The translations under genes were made by a program, and so were the position numbers. Of a DNA stretch of 62,000 bases, positions 26,030 through 37,789 are shown one piece after another. Origin of the DNA: Chiloscyllium plagiosum (taxonomy: Eukaryota); the NCBI RefSeq assembly GCF_004010195.1, contig NC_057759.1, positions 1,743,069-1,805,068 on the forward strand, written 5' to 3'. Every line of letters starts with the position of its first letter. Positions within the stretch are counted from its first letter, which is position 1. Below the pieces are notes generated by a model that did no database searches, was not told the origin of the DNA, and saw only the letters and a program-made list of their open reading frames with translations.

Positions 26030-28270
26030 TCCTGAGAATCTTAGGGGAAGAGGAAAGTGAGTCAATTGACTGAGAGTTGAAAAGAGCAGGCAGGGATCAG
26101 GACTAACAGCTAAAGGATTATCAGACAGACAGGGAAATATAAGGCTCAGTGAGCTAACAGGGCACATTAAAAGGCAGGGTAAATGTTGAATGGCAGACCA
26201 GCAGTAACATCAGCACAAAGAGTGTGCATGGTATGAGTTACAAACAGAAAGATTCACAAAGATAAAGACCAGGTAAGAGGTGGAAATTGTTATCAACAGG
26301 GAGCAGACGTACAGTGTGACACCAAGAGGAACATCCGAGAGAGAGACATAGAGAGACAGCATATACGATAATTGACCAAGAGTAACATCAAAAGAAAGAG
26401 CAATTGTGATGTAGTCAAAGTGAAACGTCTGCATAGAAAGTGACTGCGAAGTGAGATCAAATGAACATAAGTGGAAGTGAGTCTGCAGTGAGAGACCACC
26501 AGGAACATCAGAAGTGCAGGAAATCGGTCGGGCTCTCTCAAAACAGGGTTGCAGGGAGTCTTTGGTTAAGGAAAAGAAGTGAACATCTGAGACCTCACCC
26601 ACTTCCCCCGAAGGTGGCATCCTCAGACTAATTGTGATGGAGATGGAGAAATTGGAGAGTCCAGTTGTCCTTAAAAGAATCCGGATGAGAGGATGCATCA
26701 TCCAGGTAACAGTGGAAGATGTGTGTTTGTGGTGAATATAAGTATCCAGCCCATCTCCACTAATAGAAAAGAGAGATTAGATTCCCTACAGTGTGGAAAT
26801 AGGCCCTTCGGCCCAGTAAGTCCACACCAACACTCCGAAGAGTAACCCACCCAGACCCATTTCCCCCTGACTAATGCACCTAACACTACGGGTAATTTAG
26901 CATGGCAAATTCATCTGACGTGCACATCTTTGGAATGTGGGAGGAAACCGGAGTACCCGAAGGAAACCCATGCAGACACGGAAGAATGTGCAAACTCAAC
27001 ATGCCCGAGACTGGAATCGAACCTGGGCACTGGTTCTGTCAGGCAGCAGTGCTAACCACTGAGCCACCATGCCATGTTACAGAAATGGGGTAGGAGTTAG
27101 AGATGGCTTCGTTGATGATGGGTCCATGGTGGAAATGGAGATTCTTTTTCAATCACTGTAGAGAGATGGGAGCAGCACTGATGGAGACGTCAGCATACAA
27201 GTGAAAGAGTTGGAGGGAGGAACCAGAGTAGGACTGGGTAAGGAAGGCTCCAAATACCCCACAAAAGAACAGGCACCTCTAGGGCCCATGCAAGTTCATA
27301 GTTTTGAACTGGTGAAAGGGAGAGAAGTAAAAGGAGAAGTTGTTGAAAATGAAGACAAGCTTCGCAAGGCAAAAGTGGGTGGTGGTGTTTGTAAATGGCT
27401 CAGGCCTTCGTTACAGGGTAAAAAAAACAGATTTCCCTGAGATATTCTGATGCAGAATGGGTATGCAGAGATGTCGAGCATCCATGGCAAAGAGGAGGTC
27501 CGTGGTGTCCACACACTGAAACTGTTGTAACCGGCATAAAACTTCAGAGGAATTACGCATGTGAACGGGTAGAGAGTTGGACAAGGAGAGAGAAATGTGT
27601 GAGAATCCAGTAAAATAAGTTCTGTGGGGCAGGAAGAGGCAGAGCCGATGATTGCGTATTTGCGGGAGAAGACAGAAGCACGCTGTGTAGGTTGGGCGGA
27701 CTGAAAGCTTGCAGGCTGCACATGACGTTGGGAAGATTTCCAGATTAGATGAGATTAGTAAACGTTGTGGCCACAATAACCAGATAATAGACAGTGGGGC
27801 CATGTTCTGGTGGAGATGGAAAATTTATCAGAGATGCTGGTATTCTGCCTCCACTAAGTGAAGATCAGTATGTCAGACAACAACCGCATCTCCCCTGTCA
27901 GCAGGTTTGACTGCACAGTCAGGATTCGATTTGAAAGCACGGAGTGGAGTCAGTTCAGGGGGAGATGTCTTCAGATGAGCACAGCTGGGCGCACAGTAAT
28001 CAGGTGAACAATAGAACTTTGAGAATTGTCAGAATGCAAAAAACAGTTGACTTGTCACTAAAAGGCCAGATGGAGGGAAACAGGTGGAGTGAGTGTAATT
28101 GAAGTGCATTAAGGTGTTTGAAGGCTGGGAAAAGGGTTTTAGTCTAAAGATATGGGCACAGAGGTAAATACTAGAGAAGAAGTGTTCAAAATCTTATTAT
28201 GCAAGAACGTGGTGGGGGACGTAGAGGGGACTGAAACTCAGTATTTGCTCAGTACAAAACGTTGAGCATC
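26030..28270 (-). mobile_element. Older Penelope-like element fragment in the GPCR intron
   Basis: ASSCPTELI and LLFAMD motifs similar to the PLEs at 14-16 kb and 55-58 kb; heavily decayed; interrupted by an HE1 SINE. Confidence 0.6.
26772..27074 (-). mobile_element. HE1-type V-SINE
   Basis: Same head, V-domain and tail as the 3745 and 42847 copies. Confidence 0.9.
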
Positions 28271-28749
28271 AGAGAGAGATGTGTTTATGGGCAACGGGGC
28301 ACTGGCATCGTGCATCATGTGTTTATGGGCAACGGTGCACTGGCAGAGGAAGTAAGTGCACGCATGCTGCAATCACAACTCTTTTGGTCTGCCCCGGGGT
28401 AAAAAGAGCACAGAAGTGATTAGAGATTGGCAGCGAGTGCGAGAGCAAGTAAAAATGCTTTTAGTTAAAGAGCAGCAACAGAGGAAGTTGGCAGGGTGGA
28501 CAGGGAAATGAAAGTGAAGGACAACAGGCCTAAGTGGTGGTAAAGAAGGCAAGCTGACAACAGTGAATCATGTTTAACAGATCTATGAAGCAGTTACAAG
28601 AAAAATGTTAAATAACCTGTATTCACGTGTACACAGTGTAGACAATTGCCCCAAGAACAGGCGCATCAACAAGGATGGCACCATAAATGGCAAGGTGAGT
28701 TAATATGTTGAGCATTACTTACAAAACACATTATGAGGCACAGACTTAC

Positions 28750-28972
28750 CAGGGACACCAACAATGCCAAGCATGGGATAGTAAATATAGGCAAAAATCC
28801 GAAGTGTGGCCTCGATTCGATCTGTTGACTTGATCCAATCATTGCCACTGTTAAGAAGGTAAAGCCAGCCAGAGAAACCCCTTCCCATCACTGTATTATT
28901 CAAATCATTTTCCTTCTGATTGTCACTAACTGCAATGATATTCTGCTCCATTGTTCTCGATAATCTCTCCAT
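28750..28972 (-). CDS. GPR139/142-like GPCR, coding exon 1
   Basis: MERLSRTMEQN...IFAYIYYPMLGIVGVP-G|gtaagt is a perfect phase-1 donor that joins exon 2 in frame (374 aa; 392 aa if the ATG at 29026 is used); TATTAAA on - at ~29053-29059. Confidence 0.85.
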
Positions 28973-30279
28973 ATCTGTGGCTGTGCTGATTACAGGTTTC
29001 TGCAAGGACATTGCACCTACTGTCATTCTGTGACAAGCAATTGAATGGAATCCTTTAATAAGTAGTCAAAGCTGCCCACATCTCCCCAAAAGGCACAATT
29101 AATTTCAATTAGTCATACATTAATTCCAGTTAATGAACAAACAATTGCAGTTAACCTCTTTAAATCAAATAAGCTTTGCACCACAATATATTAGAATGTT
29201 GACATGTTTCACTGAGAGTCTTACAGCGACAAAGTATGGAGAAAATAATTCAATAAACTATGAAGTTTATTTGCATAATTATACAGACGTACTTGCATAG
29301 GATTAAAGAGTTGCACATTTTGTCTGTGTAACAAAAAATGAAGGCCAGATTTAACTCTGCAGAGATGAGCCACCTGACATCAATGATGATGAACATTAGA
29401 AAGAATATAACCATCCTGGATAAATAATTGCAAAATCATATTTTATTTATGCGATATTCTTCGAAATCTTGAATATAATCCATCACTACTGAGCCAACCC
29501 TTTATCAATGATATCTGTGCCGCTGCCCCTCGTCCATTTCATCGCCATTATCTATACCAGAACCAATCATTATCGAAGTTGTCACTCTTGAGCACCATCT
29601 TTCGCAACTACGCCAATTGTCTTCCATCACCACCTCTCTGTCATCTGAACCAGACCCACCTACAATGGAGAGGCATCTCTCACCATTACACCCACCTCAT
29701 CAATGTTGCCACAGTGTCCAAAGGTGATTCCCTTTGTCAGATTCATTAGGACGAAAGATTAAAGTTTCAGAATTTGTTATCATTCATTTAAAACAGAGAT
29801 GTGACGATTACATTATCTCAATGAGCTGTTAATCTGCGGAATTCTTCACGTTAGAGGCTGATAAAGCTTGTTCATTAACTGTGTTCAAGAAACGTACAGA
29901 TTGCTTTTTGATCAATCAGGAATTCAAGCTTCAAGACGAATATGTAGTGAAGTGGAATTGAATATCAGTAGATAAGCCATGATACCATTTAATTATGGAG
30001 CAGACTTTTTGGATTGATGCTCCTCCTTTTGCTCACATGCCTTATGGCCTTCACGAACTTAAGTTGTGCTGCCCAAAGCCTGCTGTTTAGAGTATTCTCA
30101 GTTGTGTCTGAGTGGTGTAGAAGAGCTAATGATTTCTGAGGAACAAATTGAGCAGGAACTCAAAGTGAAAGAGCCCAGAACAAGGTTAAAAATGAGACAA
30201 TGAGACAATGGGAGTGAAGAACTTACGATACAGGTATGGAAAGATCAAATGTTGCATCAAGCAGTCTTTGTTGAACACA

Positions 30280-30454
30280 TGATTTGGAGGTGCAGGTGTT
30301 GGACCAGGGTGTACAAAGTTAAAAATCACACAATATCAGGTTATAGTCCAACAGGTTTAATGGGAGCAAACACCTGATGAAGGAACAGAGCTCCGAAAGC
30401 GAGTGTTTCTATTTAAACCTGTTGGATTAGAACCTGGTGTTGTGTGATTTTTAA
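30280..30454 (+). mobile_element. PLE-derived hairpin element with hammerhead-like core
   Basis: 14-bp TSD ctttgttgaacaca (30266-30279, 30455-30468); inverted arms acaaagttaaaaatcacaca.../...tgtgtgatttttaactttgt; CAC-CUGAUGA...GAAAG-CGA-GUG at ~30371-30405. Confidence 0.8.
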
Positions 30455-30785
30455 CTTTGTTGAACACAGCTAGTCTTTATTCAGAGAGAGCGACTGTGGC
30501 GACTGTTTCCCTTCCTGACCGCCCGGTGCCACTGTGAGCTAATCTCTGTTCCTGCTAGTGTCACTCTATCCTGTCCATTCCCTTGTCAATCCGTTGTCCA
30601 ATGCCCCTAATGGCGGCGAGTATGTGAGTGTGACATCACTATTATTTTACATTTTTATCAAAACTGCGGATCGCTGAAGAAAGGGCCCTTCCACACAGAA
30701 AGCAGATGGAGCGTACGAGAAGACCAGGACTAAACATCTAAAATAACAGAGGAGCTGCGGAATAGCCGAGAAAACGCCAGACCCT

Positions 30786-30853
30786 TTCCCAGCGAGCATT
30801 GCGCTTTGCGTCAATGATCAAGGACGTGCACAGCCACCGGGAATTGTGGGAGT
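30786..30853. promoter_or_regulatory. CpG-enriched promoter-like segment with ZNF143/Staf-type motifs
   Basis: ttcccagcgagcattgcg (SBS-like), tgcgtca (CRE half-site) and, on -, actcccacaattcccgg (ACTACAnnTCCC-like), in a locally CpG-rich patch. Confidence 0.45.
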
Positions 30854-31139
30854 AATGGTCGCATGTCACTACCTGCTGCAGAACCCTGCAGTCACAGCTA
30901 AAAATTATCACAGGCGAGAGACATTAACTTTAAAAAAATACACATCACCTGTAAAATATATCGAAGTGCATTAAATGGTTGTTCAACTTTATCATCTACA
31001 GCGCTATCATTATTAGAAGACATTCAGTGACACAGAATTACTTACAATTTTCCAAACTCATTGCAGTATGACCGAGTGTATACACAGTGAGACGGTCACT
31101 TCCAGTAGTCTGCTAGGTTTTCTGTATGTCACACATTTA

Positions 31140-33590
31140 GTGCATAGAACGTTACAGCGCAGTAGAGTACCTTCGACCCTCGACTTTGTGCCAACCTCTG
31201 AAACCAATCTGAAGTGCAACTAACCTACTTTATTCCATTTCCGTCCTATTTTATTCCAATCCGTTGTCCAATGACCATGTAAATACCCTTAAAGTCGGCG
31301 AGTCTGCTATTGTTGCAGGCAGGGCATTCCACGCACCTACTACCCTCACAGTAAAGTAACTGTCGCTGACCACTCTCCTATATCTAAAACCCCTCAATTG
31401 AAATCTATGCCCCCTCATGCTAGCCAAACACAACTGCGGAAGCAGGCTTCCAATTTCCACCTCATCCTCTGATTATCTTATATGTTTCTATTAAATCACC
31501 ACTCAACCTTCGTCTCTCCTCAAAAACAGCCTCCAGTCCCTCAGCCTTTCCTCATAAGGCTTTCCTTCCATAGCAGGCAACATCCTAGAAAATCTCCTCT
31601 GAACCCTTCCCAAGCTTCCACATCGTTCTTATAATGTGGTGACCAGAACTGTACACAATACTCCAAGTGCGGCCAGATAAGAGTATTGTACAGTTGTCGC
31701 ATGGCCTCATGGTTCTGAAACACAATCCCTCTGCTAATAAAGGTTAACACACCACATGCCTTCTTAACAATCGTATCAATCTGGGTGGCAATTTTCACGG
31801 ATCTCTGTACACTAAGACCTCTCTATTCATTTACACTAACAAGAATCTACCCATTAGCCCAGTATTCTGCATTCCTGATGCTCCTTACAAGGTGAAACAC
31901 TTCACAACTTTTCTGTTTTAAACTGTATCTGCCATCTCTCAGCCCAGCTCTGCAGCTTATCTATGTTCCTCTATAACCTAAAACATCCTTCTGAACTGTG
32001 CACAACTTACCGACGTTTATGTTATGCGGAAATTTACGAACGCATCCTTTTCTGCCAAAAGCCAAGTTGTTTATACAAATGACAAACAGCAGTGGGCCCA
32101 AAACAGATCCTTGTGGTATACCACTAGCAACTGAACTCCAGGATGAACATTTTCCCATCAACCACCATCTTCAGTCTTATTACAGCTAACCAATTTCTCA
32201 TCGAAACCGCTAAGATTCCCACAATCCCATGCCTCCATATTTTCTGCAATAACCTCCTGTGGGCAACCTTACCAAACGCCTTTCTGAAATCCATGTACAC
32301 CACATCAACCGCTTTATCCTCATCCACTTGTTTGGTCACCTTCTCAAAGAACTCAATAAAGTTTGTGAGGCACGACTTATCCTTCACACAACTGCATTGA
32401 TTATCCCGAATCAACCAATTCCTTTCTAGATGATCCTTAATTGTATATTTTCGAATATTTTCTAAAACTTTACCCACAACTGAAGTAAGGCTCACTGCTC
32501 TATAATTGGCAGGGTTGTCTCTACTCCCCTTCTTCAACAAAGGAACAACATTTGCTATCCTCCAGTCTCGTGGCACTATTCCTATAGACAATGACGAAAA
32601 CAAGATCAAAGCCAAAGACTCGGCAACCTCATCCCTGGCTTCCCATGGAATCCTAAATTAAATCCCATCCGGCTCAATGGACTTATTTCCTTTTACACTT
32701 TCCAGAAATGCTAACACCTCCTGTTGTGAACCTCAATCCCATCTGGTCTACTAGCCTGTATCTCAATATTCTCATTGACAACATTCTCTTTTTCTAGTGT
32801 GAATACCGACGAAAAATATTTATTTAACGCTTCCCCTATCTGCTCTGACTCGATGAACAACTTCCCACGACTGTCCTTGATTGGTCCTAATCTTACTTTA
32901 TTCATTATTTTATTCCTAATATACTTAGAGAAAGCCTTAGTGTTTTCCATGATCCTGTCCGCCAACGAATCCGCATATGCCTTCCTGGCTCTTCTTAACT
33001 CTCTCTTTCAGCCTTTCCGAGCTAACCGGTGAATCTGAAGCTCCCGAATTTAGCCTTCACATCTTATCCTAACGTAAACTGGCTTCCTTCTCTCGACAAG
33101 TGATTCAACATCTTTCGTAAACCACGGCTCCTGCACTAAAAAAACTTCCTCCCTGCCTGTCAGGTACACAATTATCAAAGACCCGCAGTAGCTGTTCCTT
33201 GAATAAGCTCCACGTTTCAATTGGAACAGTCCCTTGAAGTTTCCTTCCCCATCCTATGCATCTAAAATCTTGCCTAATCTCATCGTAATTTCCTTTCCCT
33301 CAGCTATAACTCTTGCCTGTAGTATATACCTATCCCTTCCCTAAACCCATGTAAACACAACCGAATTGTGGTCGCTATAATCGAAGTGCTCACCTACCTC
33401 CAAATTTAACCCTGGCCGTGTTCATTACCCAATACTTATCCTATCGTGGTCTCGTCCCTTGTTGGCCTGTCTACATACTGTATGAGGAAACCCTCATGCA
33501 TACATTGCTCAAAAACTGACTGATCTAAAGTGCTTTACCTATAGTATTCCAAGTAAATATTTGGAAAGCTTAAGACCCCCACTAGTTCCT
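31140..33590 (-). mobile_element. CR1 LINE (endonuclease end, RT, 3' end)
   Basis: PRDWRIANVVPLLKKG, VDVVYMDFRKAF, SGIPQGSVLGPLLF and HLEYCVQFWSPH motifs. Confidence 0.95.
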
Positions 33591-33675
33591 CTTTCAGCTC
33601 ACTCTGCTGGGCACTGTCATAATGATACAAAACAAAAAAGAAAGAAAATCTCAATTACACGTGCATAAAAGCTTT

Positions 33676-33917
33676 GATTAGATTAGATTAGATTACAGTG
33701 TGGAAACAGGCCCTTCGGCCCAACAAGTCCACACCGACCCGCCGAAGCGAAACCCACCCATACCCCTACATTACCGGAGCACCCGGAGGAAACCCACGCA
33801 GACACGGGGAGAACGTGCAAACTCCACACAGTCAGTCGCCTGAGTCGGGAATTGAACCTGGGTCTCTAGCGCTGTGAGGCAGCAGTGCTAACCACTGTGC
33901 CCACCGTGCCGCCCACA
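33676..33917 (-). mobile_element. Young HE1-type V-SINE, present only in the left arm
   Basis: (gatta)n tail and tRNA head; the equivalent site in the right arm (~48035-48045) is empty. Confidence 0.9.
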
Positions 33918-34149
33918 AATTTTTATCACTTTTATCTGTCTTTGTCGAACACAGTGAATATCACACACGCACAGTTTGACCTTCAGACTGAGAACTAGGC
34001 ACAGCAGAAAGTGTAGGAGTCTGTCTCTGTGAATTTCTCCTGCGCGACTCACAATGACTGTCACACCTTCAGGCTCACAAATCCCCCATTCCCTCCAACC
34101 TCCGGAGCCCTTGCCAGTTAAATAGCATACTCCACCTGGAATGTTTCTC

Positions 34150-35100
34150 CCAGATCCTTAAATGTGTCCTCAGCCCAATCATCTTCAGTGCCTCATCAAT
34201 GACCTTCCATCCTTTATAGGGTCAGAAATGGGGATGTTCGGTAATATTTGCAAAATGTTCAGTAGTATTCTGACCTCCTGAGATACTGAAGCAGTTCATG
34301 TGAAAATACAACAGGATCTGCACAATATCCAGGCTTGGGCAGAGAAGCACCAAGTACCATTCACAACCGACAAATACTAGACTATGACAATGACCAATAG
34401 GTGCTGCGAGCACCACTCCAAACTTCCCGGTCCCACCCGACATTCAACGACGTTAACATCACTGAATCTCTACCATCAACATCCCAGGGGTTGCCATTAA
34501 CTTGAAACTGAATTTGACTCACGACATAAAAACAATGACCTCAAAAACAGGCCAGAGGCTAAAATACTGCGGTGGTTAATGAACATCTTGATCCCCAAAG
34601 CCTGTCCACAATCTACAAGGCACAAGTCAGAGGTGTGAGGGAATAGTCCCCACTTGATTGGATTGGTGCAGCTGCAACAACACTCAAGCAGCTTGACACC
34701 ATTCAGGCCATTAGATTAGCACAATATCGACAAACATACGCTCCCTTCAGCACTGATGCGCAGTAGCAGTATGTAGTAATTACGGGATGCACTGTAGAAA
34801 TTCACCAACGATCATCAGACAGGACCTTTCAATTTCACGACGACTTCTATCGAGAAGGGAATGGGCAAAAGATATCTGGGAACACCACCTCCTGAAAGTT
34901 CCCCTCCAAGCGTCTCACCAAATATGTCATCGTTCCTTCACTGTCACTTTGTTAAAATCCTGGAATTCCTTCACGAATTATATTGTGGTCCATCCACAGC
35001 AAGTAAATTGCAACTGTTCAAGAAGACAGATGATTGCCACCACCTCAAGGGAAACATTTTGGCCACACAGCCGTACTCACATCCGACAAAAGTGAATTAT
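34150..35100 (+). mobile_element. Old LINE (L2/CR1-like) 3' fragment; mirror copy at ~46830-47830 (-)
   Basis: Decayed RT C-terminus (tccacaatctacaaggcacaagtcag); related sequence at 39430-40300. Confidence 0.6.
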
Positions 35101-35910
35101 AAAAAAGAACTTGTGAGATGTCAGCATTAGGAATTAATTAGCGATAAAGTGAGAGAGAAAGAGCAATTGAAGATAGAGAAAAAACAATAACGTTTGGAGG
35201 GAAACTGGGTCATGTGACTGCAGAGAGAGACACAGGGAGATAGTGTGAGCATTAATGCCACTGTTTTCTTAATACAATCCTTGGACATGGTTCAGTAGAT
35301 GTGATCTGGAGAATGGTACATTCCTTCCACATCATCAGGATTCTTGTTTCTTCCATTCATGCCTGAACACTTGTAACAACCAAACATTTTAACAGTCAGG
35401 TTTCGAGAATGAATCAGAGCACACGAATGGAAAATCCTTCAGGGGTGAATGTTTGGTGGAGGAAACAACACAGGGAGGAGAACAGAGGCAGGGGAGGGGG
35501 AGACACAATGACATTCCACAGATCAGCTTCTCTGAAATTGGAATGTGCTGCCTGTTATCCCCCTGTTTATACTTCTGAGAGATGGTAGACGGACATGAAG
35601 TGCTGTCTGCAGACTGTGACTCGAGAAAGCTTGCTAGTTTGAAATCGATTGGGGTGACAGCATATCTGCTATTTCTGATCGTTGTCCTCTGATAACGAAG
35701 TGGTACATATTGTTTGCAATCTGAAAACAGATTTAATGAGACGGGATGTGAGCAATGTAGTGAAAAGCTTTATTCTCAATTCAAAAGCAATCAGTTAGGG
35801 CTCATTGGGATACACGAAACCAAGACGGGCCCAGAGTACGGAAACTGTAATTAGCTTCAGAAATGGCCTGAGGTGTTCCTTACCGTGGTGCGCATTTATT
35901 CCTTCACAAT

Positions 35911-37049
35911 TCATTGCGTGTAACGTATGCAACAATAGAAAAGAAGTAAGCAGCTCTCAGCCAACACCACTTCACCAGCATTACATCCTCCAATTCGGCA
36001 CACTGAACCGGATCTGAAAATGTGTTGCTGGAAAAGCGCAGCAGGTCAGGCAGCATCCAATGAACAGGAGAATCAACGTTTCGGGCATAAGTCCTTCTTC
36101 AGGCTTATGCCCGAAACGTCGATTCCCCTGCTCCTTGGATGCTGCCTGACCTGCTGCGCTTTTCCAGCAACACATTTTCAGCTCTGATCTCCAGCATCTG
36201 CAGTCCTCACTTTCTCCACACTGAACCGGATGTTTCGCAGCCGAAAGCTATAACTGGAAAACAAAGACAAACAGATCATTGATGTCCACACTTTGATGCT
36301 GCAACTTTCACCTAACCTCATGAGATTTATCCAAAAACTATATATACATATGCGTCCACTGTGATCAAGGATTGGCCATTTGTGGCTATCAGTTGACGTG
36401 GCATAATTTTAAAGGACTATCTTTAAAATAAACTAGCTTTTTTTAATTGCATAGGCAGGAAAAGCAGGGTTTGCTTAGTTGTGGGTAATGTTTACAATTG
36501 TTCGTCAAATGCTTAGTGACTGGATGGTGGGAATATCACTTGACTCGCCATCCAGGATCACCAAGCTCAGTTTCTGAAGAGCCACTAGTAATTCACACCG
36601 TGGCAGATGATGCAATTTGAATCATATTCAAATAGTCTAATGAAGGGAAGGAATACCTGCTTCACTAATTCCTTAGCAGATGGATTTCTGCCACGGGTAC
36701 CTAATCTGATCTGCATGTGACTCTCGTCTCAAAATAATGTGGTTCACATCTCAATGCCCTCTGGGATGACAAGAAAAGTTGTCTTTGCTCGTGACGCCTG
36801 TGTCCCATAAACGATTGTTGTACATATCAATTGATAAGTTTCGACACTTGCCAGCCTAAAACTAATAGAATGTAAGTCGGTCTTCAGGGGGAAAAATGAC
36901 CACAATCTGCCCTTCTGAAAATTTGTGAAGGCTGTTTGAGGAGAGATGAACTCACTTTGAAATGCAACAGTCGGTGTTTCTTCTTTATCGGCAGTGCCTT
37001 GTTGCACCATCACCAATAGCCCAAGAACTAAGAACAGGACGGTTCTCAT
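35911..37049 (-). pseudogene. Beta-defensin-like paralog disrupted by an insertion in exon 2
   Basis: Exon 1 37049-36956 (MRTVLFLVLGLLVMVQQGTADKEETPTVAFQ, |gtgagt). Exon 2 starts at 36253; the 203-bp insert gives ...GCETSGSVWRK*. The remainder CRIGGCNAGEVVLAESCLLLFYCCIRYTQ* ends at 35911. Confidence 0.88.
36014..36216. mobile_element. PLE pseudo-LTR-derived hairpin insertion
   Basis: 15-bp TSD cacactgaaccggat (35999-36013, 36217-36231); ~77-bp inverted arms ctgaaaatgtg...gggcataag / cttatgccc...cattttcag; CUGAAGA..GAAAC-GUU hammerhead-like core on - at ~36071-36103. Confidence 0.92.
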
Positions 37050-37789
37050 CCTCCATTGATTTCCTGTCGCACTAGTAGCTGCCTGGAGGATAAAGCTCCT
37101 TATACGATATCACAGACTGTACTGCGGTTAATAATTGCAAAAACAATAACATGGACATAATCAATTTCTCTTATGAGTCAATCAGTAACACACCGAGGCA
37201 CATGCAGACACAGTGTCACACATACTCCCATAACACACACTCAAACACACTGATATGGAAACACATACCGGCACCCACACAGATAGACACACACTGACAT
37301 ACACGCACAGACATGCAATGGCACACAACTTCACGCGCAAAGTCACACATGCACAGGAACACATGCACAATAACACAGGAATGTCACTCCACGTGATTTC
37401 TTATGATGTATATCTTTGATATTCAGCTCCCAATTCTAATCCCCTTGCAGCCACGTCTCAGTGATGACCGCCAGCTCATACCTGCTCATTCTGATCTGCA
37501 TCACAAGCTCGTTGACGTTATTCCTTAAACCGCGTACATTCACATACAAGACCTTTAGTTGATTACACAACCCTCTTCTCGTTGTCATTCTTTTGTCCAG
37601 CGTGCAAAGGTTTTGATTTCTAAACCTTTCAAGATACTCTGTCCTAATTGTGTCAGTGTTTAAATTTTAATAACCCCCACCATCGCCCCCACCCCCGATA
37701 TCTTTCCTCCTTTGTGATTCGGGTGTTCTAACTTTCCCCATAACTGAACACCCCCCCCCCCGCCACACACACACTTCCTAATTTACTTT

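Larger units (their letters stand above)
31724..37378 (-). repeat. Left arm of a ~5.7-kb inverted segmental duplication
   Basis: Reverse-complement match to 44330-50196 across unique, genic and repeat sequence, including shared repeat junctions. Confidence 0.95.

Noticed and set aside
28279..28345. 29-bp direct repeat pair (CRISPR-like spacing)
   Set aside because: Only two units in vertebrate DNA; a simple local duplication.
36744..37049. 101-aa ORF MRTVLFLVLGLL... as a single-exon secreted protein
   Set aside because: Only the first 31 codons are exon; a perfect gtgagt donor follows, and the read-through is not conserved in the other arm (frameshift and stop near 44818).
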